This document shows, in pieces, positions 51,901 through 64,000 of a stretch of 64,000 nt of DNA; within the stretch, counting starts at the first letter, position 1; each line of letters starts with the position of its first letter. Below the pieces are notes generated by a model. The model saw only the letters and a program-made list of their open reading frames with translations. It was not told the origin of the DNA and did no database searches. A program made the translations under genes and the position numbers. The stretch comes from Azolla caroliniana (lineage: Eukaryota > Plantae > Polypodiophyta): assembly GCA_043228905.1 (NCBI GenBank), contig JBHGNT010000012.1, positions 11,470,001 through 11,534,000 of the forward strand. The letters run 5' to 3'.

Positions 51901-54192
51901 ACTGCCCCCGGTATTCTCCTCTGTTATCTGCTCAAACCGCCTTCAGCTTCCGGCCGGTTTCTCTTTTCACTCTTGTGTGGAGTTCCTTGAAGACGGATAA
52001 CACTTGATTCTTTGTCTTCAGTAGTGAAACCCACAACTTCCGGCTGTGGTCGTCTATGAACGTCACGAAGTACTGCGATCTGGCATGTGACTTCGTATCC
52101 ACTTGACACACATCGATATGCACCAGCTCCAGTGGTGCATTCCGTCTCATCGATGGTCTGGACCGAAAAGAGGTTATGTTTTGCTTGTCAGCCAAGCAAT
52201 CGGTGCACTTATTAAGATGCACGTCTTTCACCTCTGGAAGGAGGTTATCTTCGGAAAGTCTTCTCATCCCCTTTTGGCTCATGTGACACAACCTCTTGTG
52301 CTACAGCTCACCGGAAATGTCAGATGCTACGTTCACTTCTTCCCGGCATGTCCGGGCATGCATCAGATACAACGTGTTGATCTTCCGGGCATGAGCCACA
52401 ATCAAGCTTCCTTTGCTGAATATCATGACTCCGTTCCGGATGCTACCCGTGTAGCCTTCATCATCTAGCCGGCCAGCTAATATCAGGTTCAACTGAACCT
52501 TCGGAACGTGTCAAACTTCTTTCAACAACAATTTGCATCCGGTTGATATCGTCAACAACACATCTCCTATGCCAACAATTCGGCATGTACCTTCAGTCCC
52601 CATCCGGACACAGCCGTGATCTCCGGCTATATAGGATGAGAAGCATTTCCGGTCCGGTGTCAGATGGAACGATGCTCCGGAATCAACAACCCACATTATC
52701 TCGTCATTGACAAGGTTTAACTCATTCTCCTCGGTAACGAGCATTAGTTCTTCTTCACTTGTCACGATCACCGACGTTCCCTTCCAATCTGAGCCTTTCC
52801 AGTCCGAACCCTTCTTCGAATTGGCATTGTCGGTTCCTTTCTCTTTCCAACAATGCCGACAGTTCTTCTGGAAGTGAGCCGACTTCCCACATTAGAAGTA
52901 AGTAGGCCTCCCCCTTGACTTCGATCTCGTCCCCGATTTTTCCCAGTTTTTGGGGCTCCGATACCGGCCTCTTCCCCGGTAATGGTCATCTTCCGTGACC
53001 AAGGCCTTCATATCAGTTCCGGACTCCTAGTCCTTCCGGTGAGCTTCTTCATCTAGCAGGCTTGATTTTACCCTTGCTAGGGACAACTGCTTTCCTTCCG
53101 GCCCGGCGTTGCCCAAAGTGACAACTAGTGTGTCCCAACAATCCGGGAGGGAACCGAGTAGGAGCAATGCAAGTACTTGGTCGGCTAGAGGTACTTTGAG
53201 TGAAATTGTTTGGTTTATGAGCCCCTAAAACGCGTTCATGTGCTCTGCCATGATTCATCCGTCCTGGTACTGGAGTCTCACTAACTTCCGGAATACCGAA
53301 ACCCGATTTACGACGTTTTTACTCTCCAACATGGTGCCGATTTTTTCCCAGAGCACATGAGTCTTACTTTCTTCATTGAAGTTGTTCTACAGAATCATGT
53401 CGATGAAGCACCAGATGTACGTCGTTGTCTTCATGTGCATCACCTCCCATGTCGTGGCATGATCTTGTCTGGTTTCTTGTCCACGAACTAAACCGGCAGC
53501 CAAAGATCTTTGACCATGAGCATGTCCCTCATCTTCGACTTCCACACTAGGTAGTTGGAACCAGTCAGCTTGAACATGCCGCGGAATGATTCTTCCATTT
53601 CCTTTGTTCACTCTGATACCAGATTGTACGAAATAGAGTGGAATATTGCTCGGCCACAACCGAGTCTTGAATCAATTCGATGAGAATCAAACACAGAAAA
53701 TGGGAAGTAGGGAGTGAACGCACGTACACACACAAACAACGATAGAGAACACATGATGTTTATGTGGAAAACCCTAAATAGGGAGCCCACATACTCTAAA
53801 TTATCACTATATGAGAAAGGTACAATCAGACACTCGGAGGCAACGACCTCAAGCTCTGTATCTTCGCCAAGCAACGGTTACAACAAAGTATTGCTCTGTT
53901 CTCACTCACTCTCTCTCTGTCGCTCTTTATACAACAATAATAACAACCACTCACAATAATATCACCTCACTCAAAGTGATTGCCCTAAGTCATATGACTT
54001 TAGGGCTATTTACAAATATAGCCTCAATGGGCTTACTCTAACATATTTACAAATATGTTCTTGGATCCGGTTTGCCATGGATCCATCTGGATTCCCTCGA
54101 TCCGGTTTGCGGGTCTCATCTAGAACCCTTCCGAATCCGGTTCCTTCATCCGGCTCATTCGATCAAGCTCCGGAGGGACTGAATTCCCAACA
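48984..54192 (-). mobile_element. Element H: near full-length Tnt1/Tork-like copia, degenerate
   Basis: LTRs 48984-49559 and 53625-54192, TSD gtttt, PBS-iMet 53610-53621, PPT ~49561-49571; VDSGASFH, LYVDDML. Confidence 0.96.
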
Positions 54193-54966
54193 GTTTTGTC
54201 GTTCAGGGCCTCCTTTTCGTTCTTAAGTTGTTTGATGAGGTCGGCAGTGGCGGTTGCTTGCACTTCATATTCCCTCAATCTGGTTTGGTAGGTTGTTTGA
54301 ACCCTATTCAAAACTACCTTTGAATGTTCCAACTCCTAGTAGTGTTGCGATGTGAGCTCCATCCTTTCTTTCACCACTTCCTCCATCTCCTTTGTCATCA
54401 TCTCAGCCATCATCTTCCCTTGATCCATCAGCGCCACCGTTTTTTCCTTTAACTCCATCCGGGCCTCCTTTAACTTTTCTTGTTGCCGGTCATAATTGGA
54501 CCCCAGTTTCTTATGTTCTGCCTCGAACTGCTTATGGTCCCGACACAACTTCTTGAAGTCCTCAGTTTTCCATTTTAGGCGTTGGTTGACTTGTGAACGC
54601 AACCGATCATCCTAATCCTTCTACTACTGGATTTCTTCCTTAAGCCTTTCTATTTCCGTATCTGCCATTCTCCGCAGCTTATCCTTCACTTGCAGCAAGT
54701 TGTGTTTCTCCTCCTTCAACTAGTCATTGTCGGTTGTCTTCTTGTGATCTCTCTCTCTCTCTCTCTCTTAGTGCTTCTTGAGCCACTGATTCTGTTTCCT
54801 TTTCCGGAGCTTTCTTTCATAGATTATCTAGTTCTACCGGCTCTATTCTTGAGCTTGTGATTTGGCCCATATTTGACATGAGCACTGTGAACTCCTTGGC
54901 CCTTGCCAACTCCTCCTCCAGACTCCCAATCCACTTCTGGGCCTTATCCAATTCTTCGGTTGTTGC

Positions 54967-55610
54967 TGTTGGGAAATCGGTCTCTCCGGATGGGATCCGG
55001 TGATGAATAAAGAGAGCCCGGTGAGAACTTGAAGAGATCCGGAAACCGGAGGAGACCTATTGAGAATCGGAAGAGATCCGGAAACTGGATCGGTGGACCC
55101 GGTGAGAACCGGAAGAGAAGACAGATTTGTAAATATGTCTTGAATAAGCCCATTGAGGCTATATTTGTAAATAGCCCTAAGTTCATATAACTATAAATAT
55201 GACTTAGGGCAATCACTTTATGTAGAGTGTGATTGTGTTGTTGTCATATTGTTATAACTGTTGTACAGAGAGATCAATCGATCGAGAGAGATACAGAGCG
55301 ATACTCTGTTGTAACCACGACTATGCGAAGAAACAGAGCTCGAGGTCGTTGCCTTCGAGTCTCTGATTGTAACCCCTCTCTTCATAGTGATAGTTCGGAG
55401 TCTGTGAGCTTTCCATGTAAACATCCTGTGTCTTTTTTTCTTGTGTACTCTCCACTTCCCATTTCTGTGTTTGATTCTTATAGAAGTGATTTACTACTCG
55501 GTTGTGGCCAAGTGATATTTCGTGCATTTCTTTTCAAACAACTAGTATCAGAGTGAACAACACAGAAAATGGAAGAATCTTACGACAACCTGTTCAAGCT
55601 CACTGGCTCC
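54967..55610 (+). mobile_element. copia 5' LTR plus PBS and first gag codons, truncated
   Basis: TGTTGGGAAAT start, TAGTATCAGAGTG at 55543, MEESYDNLFKLTGS. Confidence 0.9.
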
Positions 55611-55775
55611 ATTACCGGCAGCTCTCTGGAACATTCTAGAAACTTCAGGAGTATTCCTTAGAACACTATAAAAGGAGGCACAAGGCATTATTTCGAACCA
55701 AATCGGTTCAACGCCAGTCTTAAGCCTCCTAGCTACTGTACATTTTCCTCACATAATATATATCTTTTCTTATCA

Positions 55776-55824
<49 letters not shown>

Positions 55825-56185
55825 CTCTCTCTCCCTCCCTCTCACTCACTCGTTCCTTCTCTCGAGAGTCCTTCACCTCTCTTAGTACTAATACTTCTTT
55901 TTAGTACTAATTCCTTCTCTGTATTAGTACTATTCCTGACAGTTTGAACCGATTTGCCTACCTTCTGTCTCTCTCATTTCCTACTAATCTCTTATTCCTC
56001 TTTTCTTTCATCCCATGGCCACTATTAGCGCTGAAGAATATCAATCTGTTTTTTCGGAATTTCAATGCTTGAAAGAGAAGTTCCATGCTTTGGAACAAGA
56101 AAACCAACGGTTGATCGGGGATCTTCAGCAAATCTCATTAGAAAAGCAGCAAACGCAATAACAGCATGGGGAACTTGCATTACGC

Positions 56186-57166
56186 GTGCAACAACTTGAA
56201 GCCACCATCGTAGCGATGCAACAACAAGGGCCCGGAACACAAGGGATTCATAAAGAACCCAAGATTGGCCTTCCCACAAAGTTCGATGGAACGCGATCGC
56301 AGTTTAGAGGGTTCCTTAACCAGGTACGATTAGTTATTCAAATGCATCCTTCCCGATATCCCACTGATGCATCACGAGTGGGTTTAGTAGGCACTTTGTT
56401 AAGTGGCTCAGCGTTGGCATGGTTCGCTCCACTATTAGAAAAGGAATCTCCGTTACTCAACAATTTTGAAGAGTTTCTAGGTGAGTTTAAAACATGTTTC
56501 GGAGATACTGACAACATCAGGACCGCAATCAACAAAATTCGGCGATTACGCCAAGGTGACCGTCCAGCTTTTGCATACGCTGCAGATTTTCGCCTACTCG
56601 CCGCCGATATCCCTTGGGATTATCAAGCGTTGATGGAGCGATTCCGTTATGGTTTACGCAACGACGTCAAGGATTTACTCTTGACCTTCCCCGAAGAGCC
56701 AAAGTCCTTAACAGAAGCAATCAATCGCGCGGTGAGATGTGACAACCGCCTCTTTGAGCGACGTTCGGAACGACAACTACAAATGCCGAGGGCAAGATCA
56801 GAGCCCACCTACGCCTCAGTGGTATCAAGACCTTTTCCGAGGGAGTCATATAATGCGCCTCCAACGAATACTCCGACTTCGATGGAGATTGACACTACAC
56901 GTCGTCGAGGGCCATTGTCCGAAGAAGAAAAGCAGCGATGCCGTACAAATCGACTATGTCTTTACTGCGGTGAACCAGGACATATTGCAATAAATTGCCC
57001 CCATAGGCCAAGAAGACAAGTAAACCAAATAGTCGCTAGTTCTAATTGTACTAAACCCGAGCCTATTTCAGTAGGGATATCTGATAGTCCTAATGGTACT
57101 AATAGCCCAGATCTAGCGAACAGATTTGATGTCCTTAGTCAGTTAGAAGAAGAGTTAAACGACTAA
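56186..57166 (+). CDS. gag: G Gag (sushi/PEG10-like capsid plus CCHC knuckle); start uncertain
   Basis: 326-aa ORF, KFDGTRSQFRGFL, LCLYCGEPGHIAINC. Confidence 0.92.
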   Translation: MQQLEATIVAMQQQGPGTQGIHKEPKIGLPTKFDGTRSQFRGFLNQVRLVIQMHPSRYPTDASRVGLVGTLLSGSALAWFAPLLEKESPLLNNFEEFLGEFKTCFGDTDNIRTAINKIRRLRQGDRPAFAYAADFRLLAADIPWDYQALMERFRYGLRNDVKDLLLTFPEEPKSLTEAINRAVRCDNRLFERRSERQLQMPRARSEPTYASVVSRPFPRESYNAPPTNTPTSMEIDTTRRRGPLSEEEKQRCRTNRLCLYCGEPGHIAINCPHRPRRQVNQIVASSNCTKPEPISVGISDSPNGTNSPDLANRFDVLSQLEEELND

Positions 57167-60100
57167 GTCTAGCCAAAATAGGAGCCGTTTGGTTGGACAG
57201 CCCTAGATTTGTGCAGCCCATTAGTGGTTCCATTCCCTCTAAGCAAGTTAGTGATGTGTTCGTAGCCCAAGTAATAGTTAGTACTAAAAGTACCCCTCCA
57301 GTACATGTCCTAGCACTCCTAGATTCCGAAGCTAACTCTTGCTTTATGGATAGGAAATTTGCTCAAGCTCATAAGATATCCCTAAGAAAACTCCAGTGTC
57401 CAGCCTCTATAGTAGTCATTGATGGACGTCCCATTGCCTCAGGAAATATCATAGAAGAGTCAGAGCCCATTAATATTGTCCTAGATAACTTAGCATGTGT
57501 AGTATCGTTTAATATTATTAGTATCCCAGAACATCCCATAGTTTTAGGATTACCGTGGTTCGAGTTCCATAACCCAGACATAGATTGGAGAACAAGAGAA
57601 ATCCGGTGTCGACAAACCCAAGGGTCAACTCAGAAGATGGCAACCATTTCACTATGTCAGTTGCGTAAAGAAGGGCGCAAGGAAGAAATGTTCCTGTTTG
57701 CAAAATCAGTAAACCCCTCCAGCACCACTAAAGAAGCATCCACCGTTCAACTTCCTGAGAAGTATCGTCATTACGTCGATGTGTTCGATAAAGTACAAGC
57801 CAACAACTTCCTCATCATCGACCATACGATTGCCCCATCGATTTACAACCGGGAAAAGAGCCGCCATGGGGACCGATCTACAATTTGTCACCAACCGAGC
57901 TGGAAGTCCTTCGGGCCTATATAGAGGAGAATTGGGAAAATGGTTTCATTCGGCATTCGAAATCTCCAGCTAGCGCGCCCATTTTCTTCGTCAAGAAAAA
58001 GGAAGGATCGCTTCGTCTCGTTGTAGATTACCGTGGCTTGAATAAGGTTACAATCAGGAATAGGTATGCTCTTCCCCTTATCTCAAGTCTTTTAGAATGG
58101 ATCAATGGTGCCAGGTTCTTCACGAAGATCGACTTACGGGGAGCATATAACCTCATACGGATCCGACGAGGAGACGAATGGAAGACCGCGTTTCGCACCA
58201 AATATGGGCACTTCGAGTATACGGTCATGCCGTTCGGCCTCACTAATGCGCCGGCAGTCTTCCAGCACATGGCTAATGATATATTCCGAGATCTATTGGA
58301 TGATTGTTTGATCATCTATTTGGATGATCTACTGGTTTATTCAAAGACCCAAGAAGAACATGATTCTCAAGTACTATTAGTACTAAAACGACTTTGAGAA
58401 CATGGTCTGTATGCAAAGCTGGAAAAATGTAGTTTCGGGTGCAACCAAGTGGAATTTCTCGGGTACATCATTTCGTCAGAAGGCATCTCCATGGACCTAG
58501 CTAAGGTCAAAACAGTGGTAGAATGGCAGACTCCGCGTTCGGTGCGGGATGTGCAATGCTTCCTAGGCTTTGCCAATTTTTACCGTAAGTTCATACAAGA
58601 TTACTCAAAGATCGTTCTACCTCTCACACAACTTACCAGGAAGGGACAACCGTTCATCTGGTCTGAAGAAACGGACATGGCTTTCGAGAGTCTTAAAAAG
58701 GCATTTACATCGGCTCCAATTCTAGCTCATGTCGATCCGGAAAAACCATTCATTATCGAAGCTGACGCATCGGATTTTGCATTGGGGAGCATTCTGTCAC
58801 AACAGGGGAATGATGAGAAGCTACATCCTGTGGCTTTTCACTCACGCAAGTTTGACGCCGCCGAAATCAACTACGAAATTCATGATAAGGAGCTATTGGC
58901 AATAGTGGATTCTTTTATGCAATGGAGGCATTTTCTGGAGGGATCCTCTCATCCGGTCACTGTATTTAGTGACCACAAGAACCTTGCCTACTTTCAGGAT
59001 GCTCGTGTGTTGAATCGACGTCAAGCTCGGTGGGCCCACTTCCTCACGCGTTTTGACTTCAAAATTACATATCGTCCGGGGAAGCACCAAGGGAAGGCAG
59101 ATGCATTATCACGGCGTTCGTATCTAGCACCCCGTCCCGGCGAGCTAGCTTTCGATAACCAAAAACAAGTCATCTTGGGACCGGCACGACTACAAGCAAC
59201 ACGGATCTTTGACATGCCCATGGATTCCCGCGTTATCGATACCATACGCGAAGACTTGAAGACAGATGTGTTTGCCCAAGCTATACTAGCACAAATTGAT
59301 CCCTCTCGCGCGTCGTGTTCACAGTCGCAACCACCAGGTACGGACTATCGGCAATTCAAATACCATGATGGATTACTCTTCTTTAAAGAACTTTTGTATG
59401 TTCCTAATGGTTCTTGCCGTCTTCAAGTAGTACAAAACTATCATGACACATATACAGCTGGGCATTTTGGTAGTACTAAAACATTACATTTAGTACAATG
59501 ATCATTCTGGTGGCCCTGTATGCGACAATTTGTCGAGGATTTTGTTCGGACTTGTGATACATGCTGCAGAGCGAAAATGCCAAGGCATCATCCATATGGT
59601 TTATTAGAACCATTACCAATTCCAAGCAAGCCGTGGCAATCCATTGCTCTAGACTTCATCACAGATCTTCCAGTCTCTAAGGGGTTCAATGCGATTCTAA
59701 CGGTGGTCGATCGATATACGAAGATGGCTCATTTCTTGCCATGTATGAAGGAGATCTCCAGTGAAGACACTGCCGAAATTGTCATGCGTGAAGTATGTCG
59801 GCATCATGGACTTCCTGATAGTATCATCAACGACCGTGGACCCCAGTTCGTGTCAAAATTCTGGAAGCACCTTTTTAACATGCTCAAGGTCACTTGTAAC
59901 CTCTCCTCTCGCTACCACCCCCAAACCGATGGCCAAGCCGAACGAACCAATCAAACGCTGGAGCAGTATCTGCGGTGCTTTCTCAGCTATCATCAGGATG
60001 ACTGGGCAGATATTCTCCACTTTGCCGAATTTGCCTATAACAACTCTATCCACGCATCCACTAAAGTTACACCATTTTATGCTTATACGGGATGTCACCC

Positions 60101-60743
60101 CCGGTGGTGTGTACTTGAAACCCCAGAGGTGTCCACAAATCCTTGCGCAGAAGATCGTTTGGAGAGGTTACGCAAGATACAAGCGGATGTATCTACTCAC
60201 CTCCAACAAGCTCAACAAAAACACAAGGTTTATGCGGATCGTCATCGACTCCCATCTAGTTTTAACATTGGAGATCGGGTATGGCTACTCCGACGACACA
60301 TCAAGACCACTCCCCCATGCGAGAAGTTGGATTATCGGCGATTAGGTCCTTTCCGTATTATAGGAAAGATTAATGATGTCGCTTTTCGTCTTGATCTACC
60401 TCCATAACCTCGGATACATCCGGTGTTTCATAGTTCTCTCCTCAAACCCTATCAAGAGAGCACCATCCCAGGACGTATTACACAGCCTCCACCCCCGATC
60501 GAGCTTGAAGATGGACTTGAGTACGAGGTTGCCGCCATCCTTGATTCCAAGCTTGTTCGCAACAAGCTCTACTATCTAGTCGATTGGCTAGGATATAGTC
60601 CCAGCGAGCGTACTTGGGAACCGATAGAGAATGTCACCAATGCTCGTGCTCTTCTTGAAGACTTCCATCGTCAATATCCAGACAAACCGGGTCCTCAATC
60701 CAAAACGACTCGTTACACTCGTCACGTTTTAAAAGGAGGATAG
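57163..60743 (+). pseudogene. pol: G pol: PR-RT-RH-IN-chromodomain with a few stops and a frameshift
   Basis: ORFs 57193, 57885 (YLDDL), 58449 (ADASDF), 59520 and 60423 (YEVAAILD..VDWLGY..TWEP). Confidence 0.96.
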
Positions 60744-61046
60744 TGTCATGATATGGCAAGACTAGAACCCATGACCTTATGCTACATGGGTCGAGCTCTT
60801 GACCATTAGACTACACATTGTAATACGTAGAATATTATTTTCATTTATGTTTTATTATAGAAATTGATGTATATTCCAGATTTCTCTGGAACATTCTAGA
60901 AACTTCAGGAGTATTCCTTAGAACACTATAAAAGGAGGCACAAGGCATTATTTCGAACCAAATCGGTTCAACGCCAGTCTTAAGCCTCCTAGCTACTGTA
61001 CATTTTCCTCACATAATATATATCTTTTCTTATCATCACACACACA

Positions 61047-61081
<35 letters not shown>

Positions 61082-62217
61082 CCTCTCACTCACTCGTTCC
61101 TTCTCTCGAGAGTCCTTCACCTCTCTTAGTACTAATACTTCTTTTTAGTACTAATTCCTTCTCTGTCTTAGTACTGTTCCTGACAGTTGCCCTGGCTACG
61201 TCATCAAATCTTGCTCCACCCCAAACCTCGGTGTAACCAGCTCCTCTTGTACCGGTGTTCGTTCCAGTCGGCATTCCGCTTGTTGCTGCGTTCAAGACTC
61301 AATGAGATCTCTCTTTCTTTCTCTGGTTCTTGTTGAACCGTCTCGCTTCTGGTCTTTCCGCTGGTTCTTCCTCCGGTCTAGGCTCTACCACCGTTGAGCA
61401 GGGAATCGGTATACTGTCCTTCCCCAGACCTGATCCTTCCCCATGCTGCTCAGTTTCGCATCTCCTCGGCCAATACCGTTGTGAAGTTGTTGCTTCATGA
61501 TGTCAAAACAATTTCAAAAATCTATAGAAGTACATATCCCATTTGGAGCTTATGACAAGGAGCATCTAGGAATTTTCGGTTTGTGAATCAGAGTTCAGAA
61601 CCCCAAGACACAAGCTTCAGAAGGATTAATGCAACTCGGGACACAAATGTAATTATGTCAAAAGGAGGAGGAAATGTTGTCGGATTGAGCACCGAGTTCT
61701 ATACCTCTCCCTCTTTTCTCGTCTTGTGTTCTGCACCGTTTCGAACAAGGAGAGGAAGCCTCTACTCGCACTGGAAACCCGTGTACTGCCGACCAGAGAT
61801 TTGTAGTCCTGTCTCCCTGTGTGTCTATGTGCATCTCTCCTGAGAGCGCTAAGCGTTGTGTTGAGTCCCCTTTGTTGGGGTTTCTGCGTAGCTCCTACTT
61901 GTCGTGTGTTAGCCGTGCTCTAAGCTCGTGTCTTATTCTCGTCTTGAATCTGCTGCGTGCATTCTAATCGAGGAAAGATACACTCCCTCAGGCCGGCGAG
62001 CTGCTCCGCACTAATCAAGGTACCATTCCATGTCTGATACGTAACTAGGTACCAGACTGGCATAGCTTTCCGGATTGTGACACGGTCCTCCCTTCCCACC
62101 TATTCAGACTCCTTGGTCTGAGATCCTGGTGGTTCCCTCCTATTTCTACGCATCCATGCGGAAAACCGCAACATCTTTGGTGAGCTCGACGTGAAAAGGG
62201 CGGTAGAGGAGTCCGAA

Positions 62218-63845
62218 GATGAGAGGAAGCAAAATCGTTGAAGCCATGGCAGCGACTGTCGACCACCTAAACGCTCGAGAGCGAGCGCCCTCTACAGGGT
62301 TGTTGAATCGATAGTCGTCACGATAGGCCATTTCAATGGACAACATGTGACTAGCTACCTAGATACCAACCGGGCTAAGCTGATGATGAGGGACATACCA
62401 GAGGTCAGACGGCTTGCCGGATTCCCTCAAGTCGTTACGCAGAGCATCCACGCCGAGGTGCTCGAGGTGCGAGCAAACTGTCGTAACTGGGTAGAATTCG
62501 AGAGGCAGCTCCTCGAAAGGTATGGTTTCGACGACTCCCTCTGGTTGTCGAAGAAGGACTTTATGGATTAGGTGAAGAGACCCGACAAGGGATGGAAAAT
62601 GTCAGCTCTGCTTTAGAAGTTCGAAAAGCGGTTCGTGAGACTCTCGACGCTAGACCGGACCGCGCTCGCGGATGAAATGAGACAGTGGATCGAGTCGGGA
62701 ATGGCACCGACCAATGTGGTCGCAGGACCATCTGAGCGCAACTCTTGATGTGTAAGGGGAAGACAACTACAACCTAACCTCCGCAGGGTGTAGCACCCAA
62801 CGCGTACTTACCTTGTGTGTACTGCAAAACAGTCTTGTACAAAGAACGAGAAATGGAAACAAGAGACCAATAGATAGAATACCAAGATTAGAGAGATAAA
62901 CTATATTAAAATGGCGCTCTCATAATACGCTAGCTTTTTACAATAGTCTCTCGCCCCTTATCTACACAGGGCTTCTAATCGATTACGCTCCCTGCGTAAA
63001 ATCGTTACACGCGTTACTTTAACGCTCCTAATATACTACTCTATTTTTCATGTGTTATGTCCGGCGGTTACAATTCCGGCGGACAACAAAAATCTCCACA
63101 TTGCGCAAGCATGGAGGGATGGCGGGGGTCAATCGCGCGACCAGAGGCCGCCGTTCGACCAGAGGTGCATGTGGTGCGACGTTGTCGGCCACATCCGGAG
63201 GGACTGTGCTGATTTCGCAGAGGTGCTTAAGAGTAACTTGGAGTACCTTTGGAATGGTCGGGTACACGCCAGCGATACGTGAAGGGCCTTGGAGGTAAAT
63301 ACTGGCTGCGGTGGAATGAAAAGGGTAATGGAGGAAGCTGCGGCGCGGCACACCGAAACCATCCACTATTTGGCATCCACCGGGATCCGGGTAGGACGGG
63401 ATAGGAGTGTCGGCTCCGAATTCTGGCCACTAGTGTTGGGAGGCCTGTCAAGGGCAATACTAGGAAAGGAAGAGGCGGACCTTGTGGAGAAGCGGGTCTA
63501 GGAAGTCACCGGGTGGAGCGACCCGGTCGAAAAAAGATTGGCTTCATGGAGGTTGCTTGCCAGAACTACGAAGTTTTGGTAGAGGACAAATGGGCCGGGA
63601 AAAGTGGAGGAGTCAAACTGTCTAACCGGTATGATACCCGTAGTGCGCAGAAGAAGAGTGACGGAGGTCCGACAGGCCCATGGGATGGGACGAAGCTGAC
63701 GAGCTTCCGGTTAAGCTCGGAGATAGAGAGGGTGATGGACCTACGGAAGTTCTTCGAGGAGTGGATCCTCGTGGGCGAAAACGCGGATGAGGGTGAGGAT
63801 CTGGGAGAGGACCTGATCAACGACGACCCGGTAAGGGACGCGTAA
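62218..63845 (+). pseudogene. gag: I gag remnants fused to the integrase acidic tail
   Basis: collinear with C gag; CMWCDVVGHIRRDC. Confidence 0.85.
62751..63072. mobile_element. small LTR-like insert in I gag
   Basis: TGTAA...TTACA termini interrupt gag collinearity; no clear TSD. Confidence 0.5.
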
Positions 63846-64000
63846 AGTCTGAGTCACAATCTCCACCACTTCACTACTTGGCACATGTCGGAGGATGTGC
63901 AGTTTGGTGGGGGTGGATGTCGTCAAGGATTCCGGCTAAAGAGGGAAACGGAGCGAGACGCACGAGAATGGTTGTTTACACGGATGTACAAAGTTTAGCC

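Larger units (their letters stand above)
55623..61185 (+). mobile_element. Element G: chromovirus of family A, near-intact; 5' LTR truncated (55623-55941), 3' LTR 60744-61185
   Basis: near-identical LTR overlap, PPT AAAAGGAGGATAG, full domain order. Confidence 0.96.
47556..64000 (+). mobile_element. Element I: pol-deleted gypsy of the B/C lineage with a long, interrupted putative 5' LTR (47556-62173)
   Basis: 47556-47640 resembles the 3' LTR start at 63918-64000; PBS-Trp 62178-62195; PPT 63906-63917. Confidence 0.65.

Noticed and set aside
56186-57166. Domesticated PEG10/RTL-like host gene
   Set aside because: It lies inside an LTR-bounded multicopy element with decaying pol

Overview
This window is a gene-free eukaryotic retrotransposon pile-up. 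It is probably from a non-seed land plant (inference from the element families; the species cannot be read from the sequence). Nearly all 64 kb resolves into nested elements with readable TSDs. There are three chromodomain Ty3/gypsy elements of Tcn1/Tf1 type: A 5430-28701, F ~29890-35333 and G 55623-61185. Three non-chromoviral gypsy elements are tRNA-Trp primed: B 10379-27254, C 11366-17901 and I ~47556->64000. The rest comprises a pol-less tRNA-Arg-primed element with an intact Q/N-rich gag (E 22193-24337), Ty1/copia elements and solo LTRs, three LINE fragments and a hAT-type MITE. The most notable signals are: (1) tRNA-like Pol III A/B-box cassettes, antisense at the U3 tip of several LTR families; (2) an apparent ~3.2 kb LTR carrying an antisense coiled-coil ORF; (3) a block with a copia left end and a gypsy right end bounded by one TSD; (4) a Tf1-style self-priming PBS; (5) two conserved -1 frameshift cassettes; (6) a 4-bp ACGT target preference. 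Coordinates were read by eye and may be off by a few bases.
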